A DNA stretch of 59,929 bases, filler included, from Basidiobolus ranarum (GCA_040143965.1; 4 parts of 4 records of this genome joined end to end with filler, not necessarily neighbours in it); one strand, 5' to 3'. Positions 23,195-38,449 are shown, counted from the first letter of the whole stretch. Notes: a model not told the origin generated them from the sequence alone. Translations and numbers: made by a program.

Positions 23195-25278
23195 TCATGA
23201 AGCAGTGTGATTCAGGGCCATTTGGTAAACGCCATAATATTGGTGTAAAGGACCTCCGGATCGATCCCAACCAAGGTTCAGAGCATCATCAACTAATCGC
23301 CATACAAAGTCTTCGTATTTATCCTTGCTTTGAGAGACTGTTCTTAAGTCATTGGCAGCATCATTGATAGCATCTGTGAGCAATTGTGGAGATTGACGAC
23401 TGAAGGGGTCGAACAAATAAGAATTGTGATGGCGCTCTGTAGCATTTTTACGATCAACTAAAAACTCCTGTAGTCCACCAACGCCAGTAGAGATTACTGG
23501 TGCACCAAACAGCATACCCTCTGCTGCGACTAGGCCAAAGCTCTCAGATAAACTAGGGACATAAGCAAAGTCTGCTGCCGCTCTCCAAAAGATTCCAAAA
23601 GTTTCTTGAGGTTCTGTCTCGTGAATCACAATTACATCCTTGGGGTTGTTTTTTTGGAGAGCCAAAATGTCCGCGGTTGGCCATTGATTAGGCTGACCCA
23701 TAATAACAAAGCGAACATTGTTAGCTTTGAAAGCTTTGATGGCTGTTGGGAATGAGCGACATCCTTTTCCTTCAAGGAAACGCCCTATGAATAAAGCAAT
23801 AGGACGTTCAAAATCGCCAGCAGGTAGAAGTCCGTGATCCCGGAGGTATTCTTTAGCCTTACGCTTACAATCAATCACACGTCCACATTGAAGAGTCTCC
23901 AAGTTATTAACTGGATTGTTTTCTACCGCTTTCTGAAGCGGGAACGCATTATTGTTGGCCAAAAGTTTAGGATCAGTGAAAGGATTGATAAGTGAAAAGT
24001 CCACTCCGTTCGTTACGCCAATAAAACGATTGTGTTTCGCTTTCTCCATAATTTCATCCATTACTAGCTCTTTAAGAGGGAAAATAAGTCGTCCTTCTAC
24101 AATATCACGTGCCATGGTCTTGGAAACAAAGGTAACCACATCAGCCGCATTGATAGCCATTCCTGAGGGGAACATTCGGTGTTGGCGCCAATATGGCTGA
24201 AGATAAGTCGCTTCGGATTGGAGACTATAATCAAGGAAGGGCTTCAAGTTGCTTAGCAACAAAGAATACTCAACTTCATCACTGTAATCATGAAGAGTAT
24301 AGACTATTCTAGGTGGTGGGCTTCCAATAAGTGACTCCTTTTTGTATTGTCGAATGTATTTGGATACCATAGCATTGGTTGCCCCATGAAGTTGAACAAG
24401 GTCAACACCACGATATTCTTTAGGGGCTTGAGTGTGCTGATATAAAATAAACTTGGCCGTGGCTTTGGCGAAGTACAGGTTTTTCCATTCTTGACTCAAA
24501 GCATCTGGACTATTGTAAATCTCAGTTACATGCGATACATCTTTAAATGCCAAACTGAAAGGATAATAATCTCCAGGCCCTATTAAGTATACATCGATGA
24601 AGTTGGATAGAGGTTTTCTATCTGTTTGATCTTTGGAAGGGTTAACTTTGATGGAAAGTTTGAATACTTCGATTTTGACTTCATGCTTGACATTTTTGGT
24701 GTCTCGAAAATCTATGCTAATCTCGGTATAAAAGTTAATTTCGTTCGGATGCAAACTCTTCAATAAAGAATAATATGGAATAATAACTGAGGATTTGAGG
24801 ATTCCATCTTTCTGTTGGGCTTGTGCTAAAGCGCTCACCACCACCCCTAGACCACCCATTGATGCATCGCCAAACTCTTTTGTAACGTGGTAAACACTAG
24901 TGCCAATCGGAACAGTGATGTTGGTGCTAGGATTAAGACCAATGTAGGTTCCCACTTGGAATTGCTTCATATCTTCAAGAAGTGAGGGGGAAATAGCAAG
25001 TTAGTGCGAAGATACATAGGAATGACTCAGTCTATTCCATTTGCTTAAAGAAAATATTTACCAATACGAATGGGCTTTTGTCTGTACTTAAGGAACAATG
25101 TCATTCCGCCACTAAATATTATTTCAAGTACACTAAATACCAATAGCGCCTGTAGCATTAACTTCCACAAACTTCGTCTTGACTGGTTCTTATATGTACT
25201 ACGCTTTGGTTGATAGCGTCCCTCATCTCTGGACCAATGGTTGAAATTAATTTGAATATCGTCCGAGTTTTCGGACAT
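23195..25278 (-). CDS. GT-B glycosyltransferase, starch/glycogen synthase (GT5)-like, with N-terminal transmembrane anchor; 1 intron
   Basis: Exon 1 (25278-25062) encodes a hydrophobic helix. Intron 25061-24973. Motifs HVTKEFGDASMGGLG, VYTLH, VTFVSKTMA, GVTNGVD, FIGRFLEGKG and VPSLSESFGLVAAEGMLFG (Ex7E). Confidence 0.85.
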
Positions 25279-25703
25279 GGTAGATGACCAAAAACCTTTC
25301 TAGAGAGGTATAATAGTAGCAAGAATATATTCGATTAAACGTAATAAAATGCTGTAGTCCTCCTTTTTCATATGCTTACAATTATGAAATTTTTTATACT
25401 ACTAGTAGCGATTGAATGTTTAGCATCAGTGTCACTCGACTATATTCAAATATAATCTATATAATTTGTAAAAAATACTATTCCATAGATACGAAAGCCA
25501 TCCTAAGAAATCAGTGATACCATATAAATGTTCGCGCAACTTAGCTAGCAAAATAGTATATAGGCCATTATAGTTATAACTATAACTTTTACCCTTCATT
25601 GTTTATATTTTTATTTTTAGTTAAACTAAACGTATCTTCGAGGTTCTAGTTGTATATATTTTTTCTTTTAAATATATACTCCTCTAAACTTCAGGTATTA
25701 GGA

Positions 25704-28700
25704 ATGAATATATCTACCTTAATATCAAATGATGGTGAAGATACAAGAAGCTCTCAAAATCTCAACACTGAACCCCTAATTGAAGTCTCTGAAGAGGTAG
25801 CACAACATGAGAGTCCTTTAAGCGCGACTCAACTCACAAATCCAGTCGCAAGTGAACAAATCTCGATCACCAACGATACTTTAACTCAATTTCCACCTAA
25901 CTCTGAAACTCCAGAAATGATGTTTGATCCGGGTGAGAATTCTGGCATTGAAGACTCGAGTGGATTATTTATACAGGAGGGAAATACTCCACAACTTGAA
26001 GATATGTATCCTAATGGTGAGCCGAGTTATGAAGTGGGTTCTCCTGGTTTAGGCACTCCTCAACAACTAATGGAACCCCCTACTAATGACCGAATACAAA
26101 CACCAGAGACTGATGAAATAAGAGATGATTCGAAAGTAGAAAGCCCATCTTCCATTCAGAAATCACCTCTTTCGACTGAGTATGAAACAGATCGAAAATG
26201 GACAGATCAAAAAGTGCTTATGCAGAGTCCAGAACCCATGGAGAGTAGCAATCCAGACCTTACAAACGAAGGAATAGTAGACTCTTTAGTAGAGTCCCCA
26301 ATAGAACTAAAAACCCAAAATTTCAGTACCAACAGTACCAAAGTTAGCCAAGTTGCAACACGGATACCACTACCTCCAGTTAAAAAAAGGCATCTTTTAA
26401 ATCAATATCGCAATTCTATGTCTTTTGAAGAAGAAACCGTATCTAAGGCCAATTTGGACATAACGTATGATAATGAATCAAGTCACACGGAACGTATTCG
26501 CGACTCTTCTCTAGATCATAGTGACTCAGAAGATAAAGAGATTTTAATCGAATCGGAACCAGAAGTTAGACACACGTATGGCGGAAAACTTCCTATTACT
26601 CATGGGGTGGCACCATCTCATCAATCGAGTACATGTTCTTCTTCTAGTTCTTCAGAAGAAGATGTGCTGGATGGTACCCAAGGGCAAAAACGTTTGAAAT
26701 CTAACCATGGCACTCAAAAAATGTTGCACGAACTCTCTGATTCTGAAAATTCCAATTCCGATTCATCTGGCTCTGTTGACCTAGGAACAGGAACAGGAGC
26801 CGGAGGCAAAACTGTCACTGATCTTATTCATCGTTCACATTCCTTTTCGACAGTGACTCGTCAACCTAGACCAGTTCGACGCGCTACAATCGCTAAATCG
26901 CGTGAATCAAGTTACGAAATGAATGAAAATTCTGGAGTAGAGTCAGAAAAACTGCCTCCGTCAAGAGCGGTGGAGCCGTGTTATTGCGGTGACATGACTA
27001 AGCTAAATGAACATAATCGACTTCCGAGCATCAAATGTAGTAGTTGCCGACGTAGATGCCATTTGGAATGTATTCATTACACTCAACCATTTGTTGACAA
27101 TTTATTACTTGGTGATGACTTCTACTTTTTCAAATGTCATGAATGCAATGGTGGGAAGGAGTTGTTTCAACGATTGAATTTATCATGGTATGAAGTTCTA
27201 ACCCTCTTAGTTCGCTATGTTTAGAGATTAATATTCTTATATTAACAGGGTGGATGTAGTGCATATTGCGTTGTTCAATTTAACTCATGGTGAACCTACT
27301 TGTAATATCAAATCTTATGAAGATGGGAGACTGTATTTTCATGTTAAACAGGAAGTGTGCCGATTCGTGAATGAGCACTGGGATCGTTTTTGGAACAAGA
27401 TTCGTTCTGAAACTTGGCAGAATAGTGTGGCAGGGACACTCTCTACTAATAGCACTAATGGCCGTTTCGAATCGGGGAACCAAAAATATGATAAAACAGG
27501 TAACACTCGAAGTCATAGTTTCTCCATCGAACTTTGGAATTGATTTCGAAAAAATTCGTTGGTGTAGGGATGTGGGCACTTTCATCTCCAGGGAAATTAC
27601 CCTCTCAACATGATACCACTGTAAACAAGAAGGCACGGTTCGTGGCGTTCACTGTTACAGAAGAAGGAGAGCTTAAAGACACAGTCGAAACACTCAAGCG
27701 GAAGCAACGAATGGAGAGTATATCAAATGCCCAGGTAAACTTTGAGACCACTTATCTGAAATACTCTCGAAAAATGTTAAACATTTCCACCGTATGGTCA
27801 GAATCGTACACAAGCTTGAGTTAAGCGAACCTTCACCGGAGTGGAAGCACACAATAGAAGAAAATCCAAGCTCAAGAGCTCTATTAGTAAATATCCTCAA
27901 CAATATGCATTTCAAAAAGATCTTTGATTGCTCAACTGAATGAACTATTAGCAATATATCCAGACATCGAAAATCCATCTGGGCCAGTGATGATGTGTTC
28001 GCATGAGACACACTCCGCACCTCAATTCAAAATTGCTAGTGACGGGTTGAGCCTTTGGAACGAGAAAGTAAGTATTCTAAGCGCGATAAGTAGATCGTTC
28101 TGTTTCTGCAACTGACCTTCATATTTCTCAGGGTTATCGACTGTCCAAAGCTACTCATGGGGTTGAATATGGTGCTTGGTATTATGAAGTAGAGATTCTC
28201 CCCCATACAGGCAATACAAGAATTGGTTGGTCACAGATATCAGGTGACCTGCAGGGACCTTGTGGGTTTGACAGGTTCAGCTATTCGTATCGAGAGAAAC
28301 CTGGAAGCATTTTCCATGAATCCGTAGGAAAACAATATGGAGATGGCGCTGGTATTATTCACACTTGTATAGAAGCATATCCTCTGATTTTAATCAATTT
28401 TACATCAAAAAGAAACTGGGGATGTTATCGGCTTATTGATATACATTCCTGAATTAAGCTTGGATGAGAAACGAGATCTCTTGTCTAGGAGATGGTCCTT
28501 AGGAGAGAAGTACATAGAATACTCCTATTTCCCAACAAACTTTGATGAGAGCAAAGATGATCCTTCATTAGTTACCCTTCCAAAAGTAGAGAAAAGCCAA
28601 ATCGTATATTTTAAAAATGGGGAATGTATGGGGGTTGCTTTCGAGAATATCAATCTAGGTAAACTTTGGAATATTTGTTGCACACTGTCCGATCTCTTCC

Positions 28701-29084
28701 ACTCATCTTTATCCACCTTCTCATGTATACACATCTGTAGGTAAATACCACCCGGCTATTTCATCATACAAAGGTGGTCGAGTTGCTGTCAATTTCGGAC
28801 CCATGTTTAAATACCCACCACCATCAGACTGGCTTGATACCCCAATCAAGCCGTTCTCTGAGGCCACGGAAATGTCCCCAGAAGAAGTCCCAGAACCTCA
28901 GCCTCTTGTTGAGGTAAAATCCCTAGAGGCCAATTCGAAACCATTTAAGCGCTCTGGTACAAGTAGCAGTTGTGACTTTACCGGAAGTGAAGATGGATCA
29001 ACCACACGAAGATCCTTCCATAAGAGGAGATTAGTTCAAAAATCACAATCCCGTAGTCCAAGTATAAGTAGGGAACTTTACTAG
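25704..29084 (+). CDS. ASH2: COMPASS/Set1C subunit ASH2/BRE2 (PHD-winged helix + SPRY); about 6 introns
   Basis: Acidic disordered N-terminus, then CYCG..CSSCRRRCHLEC..GDDFYFFKCHEC, SWVDVVHIALFNL, and SPRY motifs KGYRLSKATHGVEYGAWYYEV, RIGWSQISGDLQGPCGFD, YHPAISSYKGGRVAVNFGP. Confidence 0.9.
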
Positions 29085-29674
29085 AATATATTATAATGAT
29101 GGTTCTTAATACAAATACAAGCGCAATGGCAATATTAGAATCCCACCCCCTCTCTCCTCTATTTTCCCTTGTTTAGAATACAATAAATCAACCTCTTCAA
29201 ATATATTGACTCCAGTGAATGAAGGGACTCTCCATAGGAATGGTAATCGTTAACTAAATTGGCCACTCTGCTCTTGATTAGTTATTTAGGATCGAACTGA
29301 ATATTCATGGGAGCCTGAAACGTGTACAACTTGTTCTCTTGATTCATTCAATATAGGTGAGATGAAATACCTACGTATCAATAATAACGCCCCTAAGCAA
29401 TCTACAATCTATGTACCCAAGTGAGTTAAACGAGTCCTCTTGCAGTGAGAAGAGCCAGAGACTATGACTATTTAGCAATGGAAACAATCCAATCCTCTGC
29501 TAATAAATTAGATTAATTGGTCACCATTTTAATTAAGTTTCTTAAGTTACGCTATGGTTGAATGATGGGAAATTTACATTGGCTTATGAAAGGGTTGGAT
29601 GATGTACAAGTGATTAGTTATGAAAAGTGAATGACCAGACAAAAATATTCTCCTCAATAGATTTGTCTACTAAA

Positions 29675-29963
29675 TTATACTTGGGTAACTTCTGGGGTAT
29701 TTACAGGGTCGGTGGGGGGTCTACTATGGATATATAGAACAATAGATGCAGCAAATCCGAGTACCAAGGCGGCTACTACGACAGACATAGATATGGACAA
29801 GTTCGTAATGGAAATTAGGAGGGGTGGCGCAAACATACCGAAAGCTCCACCTGCTCCAATGATACAAATCAATCCAGGTGCGCGAGTGCTGAATGTGAAA
29901 ATCTCCGTCCAACCTGAAACCATCATTGTCCATACCAAGGAGTGAAAGATCACGAATGCACAG
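29675..29963 (-). CDS. C-terminal fragment of a multi-pass membrane protein, probably an MFS transporter, cut by contig end
   Basis: Open frame to the contig edge with three hydrophobic segments. EIFTFSTRAPG...GGAFGMFAPPLL resembles the MFS TM10-12 region. Confidence 0.5.
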
Positions 29964-30063
29964 NNNNNNNNNNNNNNNNNNNNNNNNNNNNNNNNNNNNN
30001 NNNNNNNTTAATTAATTAANNNNNNNNNNNNNNNNNNNNNNNNNNNNNNNNNNNNNNNNNNNN
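29964..30063. other. Artificial contig spacer
   Basis: N-run + TTAATTAATTAA + N-run. Confidence 0.98.
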
Positions 30064-30064
30064 C

Positions 30065-30776
30065 TTAATAACCATAAGCAGCCAAAGATTCGTTAATGTT
30101 CTTCAATTCTTCGGCCTTGGTGGCGGAAGCCTTGTTCTTCAAGTTAAGGATAGCCTTCTTACGTTCGTAGTAAGCCTTAGATTTAACCTTACGCTTCTCT
30201 TCAAGCTTCTTGACAACATCATCATATTTCCATCCGACCTCGGAACTCAAACGGTTCAAGGTGGTGAATTTACGACCAGGCTTGAGACGAAGGACACGAA
30301 GGGCAGCAGGAACAACCATACGCTTCATGGTGTCATAAGGAGGAGGAACACCTTCAAAGAGCTTGAGACGCTCCATGGCAGCAGTTCCGCGAGCGGTTTT
30401 GTGGGGGATCATACCACGGATTGTGCGCCAGAGGATGCGGGAAGGAGCACGGAAGTGATAAGGACCCTTGGAAGGATTAACAAGACAACGCTTGCGGAGG
30501 AAAGCATGATACTTTATCTTGTTTCTGAAGAATGAACCAGTAACATTCAATTCTTCACAACGGACAACAACAACTTTCTGTCCGGTAAGGATTTGCTTGG
30601 AGATAATGGAAGCAAGGCGACCTAGGAGATGACCTCTAGCATCAATGACAACAACCTACGAAATGGGAGTGGTATTTTTAGTTGTCTATCAATCTAACGT
30701 ATAATATTGGGCCATCCATCTCAGCTGGAATTAATCGAACTATGAAATTTATATTAACCTTTTCGAAAGTGCTCAT
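30065..30776 (-). CDS. RPL16: 60S ribosomal protein uL13 (L16/L13a); 1 intron
   Basis: [29 protein letters not shown]...[27 protein letters not shown]. Intron 30656-30758. Strong codon bias. Confidence 0.97.
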
Positions 30777-31082
30777 TATAGTGCAATCAATTCTGACAGG
30801 AAGTTAAAAGAGAAAGAAATTCTGGGCAATCGTAAAAGTCTTATACAGAATCTTTCTATGCTCATAAAAAATTCGCATACTTTCTAACCCTGGATAGTGA
30901 TCGTTTTTATCGAGGAGAAATCATGGATAATTCAACATAGCACGTGGGCTTGATCAAGTTACTGACATCAGATCTTGCTAGGGATGACTTTAACCCTCTC
31001 CGCTCTCTGACCAAAGCCTAGCTTATCATTCGTAAAATACACAATCATCTCAGCAGCTATCCAAGGTGCTACTCAATCTTCT

Positions 31083-32310
31083 CTAACAGCCACTGAATAA
31101 AGAGATGATTTTTAGCCAGTACCATTGGTCACATATTTCAGCGAAGATCTGTAGTGGTTTCAATGGAGTATGGCCCCAAGAAACCGTCGCGCATATCTAG
31201 GATTGATAGGCTGAGATTGGAATTTGATGGTCTTCAATATTAGCCATTGAGGTAAAATGAAAGCTATGCCTACTTTTCCTGAAGAACCAGAAGATATTTT
31301 TTACATCTTCTTGAATATATACTCGTTTTATCTCCAATCTGGCGTCATATATAGATCATGCAGCTACAGTTCAAGATATTCAGCCATTGTTTGGACGCGA
31401 CCTGATCAGACTAATAGTTCAATATAGCAAACCTTGGCACCATTTAGCGGAGAAAGGTTAGCCATTGTTGTTGCTTTTTGGATCTTTTATGACTTCAATA
31501 GACTGATTATTACCGCTAGTAAAGAAACATCCTTATTCTGTTCATTTGTGATTTGGGCCTCATCAGAGACCATATATCACGCATCTTTATTGCCTCTTCA
31601 ATATTGATTTGGGCCAAAGTTTGCACATGATTCTCACAGGAACTCCAGTTTGACATTCTTCGTTTCAGTAAGCTATTTATACACAGGAGTCTAATCTGAC
31701 TGTTGACTGCTCCACTGACCAATATGGAAATTTACTAATTGACTGGTAAGGATTGGTTCATAGCTACTGATTCTCTCTTGTTCGCTACGCCAACTCGAAC
31801 ATGTGGTGATGGTAACAATGATACCTACGAACATGGTCAAATCCTGTGCGATTGTAGCAAGAAGACCTCATGTAACCCTCAAATGATTGGGCTACGTAGA
31901 AAACATGGTTTATGTGGTAACTGTATTGCATGGGTCTTTGTAATCGGGATGAGATACGTAAATCTAAACTGTCGTAGATACATAGCTTACTAATGAGAGG
32001 AGTCTTCAACCAATCTGATGGAAGCCCCTCGGTGCAGTTTCCGTTAGCCTTCTGTGGCAATAATTCAAGATCATTCGATTTGCATATATGCTATTAATGG
32101 CAGTTTGTGAGCTGACCACAAATTAATGCGTTTGAAACGTTACATCAAAGCTAAATAGACATTCATGTCGAATCCCAAGAATTTGTTTCATAATTAGAAA
32201 CAGAATAAGGTTACCATTCTAATTGGTTTACTCTTTCAAATACGAGAAAATCGTCATGCGAATCTCAGGGATTAGTGAAACAAAGTCAATATTCCACTCG
32301 TACTTGGAGT
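31083..32310 (-). pseudogene. Degraded F-box protein gene
   Basis: F-box-like IDFVSLIPEIRMTIFSYLK followed immediately by a stop. Downstream coding-like fragments are broken by many stops and frameshifts. Boundaries are approximate. Confidence 0.4.
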
Positions 32311-32548
32311 TGATCAATGATCCATCCTCTATAATGCACCTTGGCTTGCATGTCCCTATCGAAAATCTCTTTCTCCTTTTCATCTCAACTTGGTTTTGAA
32401 CAAATTCAAGATATCTCACACTTCTATCTATTGATACTTCGTCCTGCTGCCGATAGAACAGCTCTTTGGCAAAGCATATCCTGCCTATTAAACACTGCTC
32501 TTTTCTAAATAAAATTTGTTTGTCTTTAGTATATAATTTACCTTCGAT

Positions 32549-33576
<1,028 letters not shown>

Positions 33577-35275
33577 ATTTCATCAGAGATGTAGTTGGAT
33601 ATCTTGTTCAATTCACGAGTGGATTTCTTTGGAGCCCATTCAAGGATGCATTTTCATCCTATCCTATATGTAAAACCTTCGCTTCTCTATTTCTTTTCAC
33701 ACATACGGTTGTTTACTTAAATTGAATCTATTGGAATTATATCCCATTTTCGATGGTTGTTTATCTAATCTACCTCGTATATGTTCTTTAGTCAGTGAAT
33801 TGTTTCTCCTCATATCCTTTCACATATTCAAAGGAACTCACTTGAAGAATTGACTTTCCCTGACTCCATTTCTTTTCTTTGAATTTATATACAGCAACAA
33901 AACTCCTAGTTTCAGTTAAATATTTGAACTTTGACCATTGCATTTCCTGTTTCTTTTTTAACGAAGTTGACTTGGTATGTGATTAAACCAAACGTTCTGC
34001 ACGGCCTCATTCCTAGCCAAGGTAATATATGAATGAGGTAAGAGCGTTGCTTCTAATTCGATAAAAGTCCCCCTCCCCCTTAAATCGTTTGAAGAAATCA
34101 GTAGTGTGATGGGAAGATCGTGATGGGGAATCTGTAAAATGGCATGGCATTTCGCCCAATGTAGCACGATAAACAACAATAATCTAGAGTAGGAATTGCA
34201 GTCACTTCATTGACTACACATGTAAATTAAATCCGCCAAGTAGACCAATCATACTCATTGCTGCTCTGTGTATTCGAATCATCATTTCTTAAGATGGAAT
34301 TAGAATCAGAAACGTTTATTCTGTCATTGGCAACCCAGCAAAGGTGTCATAACAGCAGAGTAATGGCGTTACTATGACATCTTAATTTCAGAACCTGTGT
34401 GAGTTATGAGGGCAAAAACGGGTTTCTAAATTCGCATTCAGCATCGTACATTTACCACATTAACTGTCAATGGTTGCATTAGGTTTGACTAGATCAGGTT
34501 AGTAACAAATATATAGGTCGGGCTGAGGATGCCGCTTTACCCAACGCCTAGCTGATTCGAAACAAGGAGCCTTAGCACAATTTAACGAAAACCACGTTAC
34601 AAACAAAGTTCACTGCAGAGACCCTTGCCTACAGTTGTACTGGATTTTCCAAGTTTACCAAGTTACCCATTTCAATTTCTCTCGAATCAACCAGAATCCA
34701 ACAAGCTTCAAATTCATTGAAAACATGACTGGATCTATATCATGGGGAGAATGCTGATCTAAACCAGTAGTGCTACATCTAGCAGAGGAAAGTTCCATGA
34801 ACCAAAAAAGATGAAGTAATTGTAGCTTTAAGTGAATGGTTACGATTTGGTAGATATTTTCCGAATTCAATCGGTCCTTCTAAATAAGTTTTCCTGACAA
34901 CTTGCAGAGCATGAAGAATAGCCATTCTATAGATTAATTCTCTCTTCGTTGCAGTCTTGTCATTTATAAATATTGTACACTCTCTGGTTTCCCCGATACA
35001 ATCACCACTCTAACTTAACGGTGCACCTCCTATGACATGTGAGCTATTACGAGATCAATGGTTTTCTTTTGTGTCCTCATCTAGGCGAATCGTCACACCT
35101 TAATCACTGTTTGTACAACAAACGTGTAGCTAAAAATCAGAAAATTTTCCATGTCATCTTTAGATTCTATAGAATGACTTTTGCTATTTGGTAATTGTTA
35201 TGGAACCTATTAAAAATGGGTTTGAACAAATATTAGTCGAGTTTGATCAGGGTGGAGTGAGTTTTCTTCTCTTTG

Positions 35276-36294
35276 ATGAGTTCAGACATCAGTTACATAG
35301 TGATAGCAGACAAAACCAAACCAAGTATAATAGGCCCCGATTTACAAATCATATTCGTTTCGACTAGTGTGAAAAAAGTCTTGGGGTTCGAATGGAAAGA
35401 ATGTTTGGGGTACTCACCGTTCGAGTTTCTTGACGAAAAGGATTTCACCAACGTACTGAGGGCTTTTAACGAGTTGGAAGCTAAGGAAGCTTTGGGTGGA
35501 TTATTATATCTCAAAATACGCGGGAAATTCAAGTGGAACTTCGTTGAATGTAGTGTAACTTTCTGTCATGAGTTGGTATTTTTTGTTATTAGAACTTTGA
35601 CAACCAAACCTGCCGTAAGCTTTTGGGGTAAGTTCAAGAACCTTTTACATAGTTTCCTTTCTGTTTGTACTATATATTCAGTCGAAGTTAATTTATGTTC
35701 CTTTTTTTTTAATCCACTTCCTTTAGACTTGAATTCACTTACTGAAGCTATATATCTTGTTGACAAGGAGGGAATTACTAGAATTGTAAGTTTCCTTTTT
35801 TTTTCGTGAACTGGAGAGACTTGTTTTTCGTGGTTAAACTTTCCATACTCTTTTAATAATACTCATTAACGTTTATACCTCTCTAGGAAGAGCAGGTAAA
35901 CTATAGAAAAGGGGTGAATCATATTCCTACTCTATGTTATGACCAAAAATTTACTGAATGGACTTCACCGACAAACTTCGAATTGCGTGTTGGCTTGGTG
36001 ATAGATATTACTTCAGGAAATTCGATAATACTATTTAGTTCAGAATCGAGCGAATGGATGTTCGGTGTACCACATCACGCCATATTGGATACTTCTTTCG
36101 AGGATTATGTGCATAAAGAGGATTTGGAAGATTTTCGAGAGGAGTTGTGTGAAACGATACAAGAGCACTCACTAAACAAGTGTTACTTCACCTTAGTTAC
36201 TCCCAAAGGAGAAATGGAGGTGGAAGGGTTATTTTGTTACTCTAACGACGCCGTAGTGTTAGTATTAAAAGAAGCAACATCGTGGGATTCGTAA
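35276..36294 (+). CDS. Tandem PAS-domain protein without a recognisable output domain; 2 introns
   Basis: IIFVSTSVKKVLGF...LGYSPFEFLDEKD and ILFSSESSEWMFGV...SFEDYVHKEDL. GTAAGT introns (~35627-35726, ~35786-35886) keep the frame. Confidence 0.8.
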
Positions 36295-37302
36295 TATGAG
36301 TCCTACTTGTTCATCACTACGATCAAACCTTCCTATCATACCTCTTTAGAATGGTTTAAGTACCATCGGGTTCTCAATTCCCGACACTCCTCATGCTCAA
36401 CCTTTCCAGTAAATCCGAGTTTCTGCCATTTTGGAAGCAATTCATTTGAATGCTTGTTATTCTTCAATGTAAAATTCACTCTAACCTAATCATTATAACC
36501 ACCAATTCGGATGTTCATTTTGACGATTTCATCCATTTTTATAGAATCCCCTTATTAATGAGTCGTCTAATTAAGAATACTTGATTATTTTATTATTGTT
36601 GTCTCTTTAGCTTAGTATTACGGGTATCATTTCAAGTAGTTATGTGTGCACAATAAAATTTTGCTACATATTATCAGGTGTACAAATACCAAGTTATCTA
36701 CAATGAACTGTAGGAAAGAAAACTCTACTATATTTAGCGGAAATAAAACTACTAAAACTGATATGAAATTTAGAGCAGTGGCTGCAAGGTGTGAACTTGC
36801 TATTATAAAAGGTATTATCTTTAACTAGGCACATAGAAAGCAAGCGATCTCATGTTTGAAAAATTATCACATGCTTTAAGTGCAAGTTAAGTGTTTATTT
36901 TGTTCTAGTGAAAAGAAGCATCTTTAAAAAGTAGTAATTAGTACTACATGTAGAAATCAAGTTGTTATTTCTAACAATCAGTTATGGGGTATAATAAAGG
37001 GACCTTGAGCCAGTTCAAGAACTCCTCAACCATATTGGTGCTCATGTTTGGAGTTTTGGATGTTATGTATCAAGATGCAACATCTCACTTCATATATTCT
37101 ATTCCCAAACTCTATGGAGCTTATAATTTCTTCTGTTAAACTGTCTCTCTTTCAATATTCAATTGTATTCCATCATATCAGAATCTGCTAACTCTACTAG
37201 TTCTTTGAGGCATTACTGAAGAATATTTGATACCTAGATATGATCAGATATGCAACTCACTGACATATTCTCTAGTATGGTACATTGCTGTTGGCTGCAG
37301 CT

Positions 37303-37366
37303 GTGAAAACCACCAATTCTTCTAGTTCTCCAAATCACTTCCAACAGCTCCGAAAATACTTCAATA
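37303..37366 (+). mobile_element. 3' end fragment of the copia-family LTR
   Basis: GTGAAAACCACCAATTCTTCTAGTTCTCCAAATCACTTCCAACA is nearly identical to 898-942. Confidence 0.75.
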
Positions 37367-37554
37367 TAAATGATATTTCAAGCTGAATTTGACCTAACTC
37401 TACCCATAATACCAGGTATCAAGCATTTGTTCTTGTGCTCTTTGCTGCTGATTTTGAATGAGATCAAGCTTTAACCTAGAAATTGCATATTATCTGATTG
37501 TGAATACACATGATAAGGTGGACGGTATTTAGTGTATGCGTAGCATATTGTAAG

Positions 37555-37918
37555 TGTTGAAATTGGCATTGCCTAAACACCTATATAGTCATATATAGCT
37601 TAGTATTTAGTTATCCTACATTTCACCAAGATATCACCCACTATTCTTGATCGGAATTTACTTAGAAGTTCTCAGATATATAGGTTTTTCAAGCTTGCGC
37701 TAGAAGCCTCAAACTTTGCACACATGCTACACGTTAGTTTGTTTACATCTTGGCAAAACTATAAATGCCAACTTTCAACTTAATAAATCAATAAGTGAAG
37801 ACCACCAATTTCTCTATTTCTCCAAACCACTTCCAACAGGCTCCCAAAATACTTTAACAAAACTGAATACTAAGCTATATATGACTATATAGGTGTTTAG
37901 ACTCTGCTAATTTCAACA
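37555..37918. mobile_element. Full LTR copy (37555-37859, +) abutted by an inverted 58-bp LTR 5' end (37861-37918, -)
   Basis: TGTTGAAA...TTTAACA with internal TATAAAT and AATAAA. Aligns along its length with 681-961 and, reverse-complemented, with 44729-44950 and 1-156. Confidence 0.8.
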
Positions 37919-38449
37919 GATACTACTTTGATTCAGCAGCATTCATTAGATCCCACTTAAACACAACAAAGGTAGTTTATGACAATATATAGATATCTAA
38001 AGTCAAATGCTCTCTCAGTTAACATGGATAGACCTAAAGTGTCAAATATACTGTCTACATTTGAATTTCGCAGCAAGTTCACTCTTGTAAACGTAGTATC
38101 GCTAGCTGTGGATATGGAGATAATGTTCAAAGCCAACATTGCCTTAATATCCTACTGACAGATGTTTGACAGCTGATACTGGACCTCATTTGAACTCAAC
38201 AAAATACAAATAAAGATACCTGTGGCAAGTAAAATGCTGAAGGATTTAACCAGTATATGAGACGAAGAGGTTGCGTGCTTTTACTGAAAAATGGGACTAG
38301 GATAACCATATTGATGTAGTTCGCCATTTTAAGACCCCACTTACAGAGAGGATATTCATTTTTTTCCGAATAGAGTCCTGCAAAGAACATCAAAACAATA
38401 CAATAGGTAATGTCCAAGTGATTGATGTATATTAAAGATATTTCATACC

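Noticed and set aside
37371..37423. Primer-binding site after the LTR fragment (TGATATTTCAAGC / AGGTATCAAGC)
   Set aside because: Too degenerate relative to TGGTATCAGAGC and not directly adjacent to the LTR end.
37555..37918. MITE with 58-bp terminal inverted repeats
   Set aside because: No TSD. Better explained as a full LTR next to an inverted LTR fragment, since the 681-961 copy shows TG...CA ends and a 5-bp TSD.
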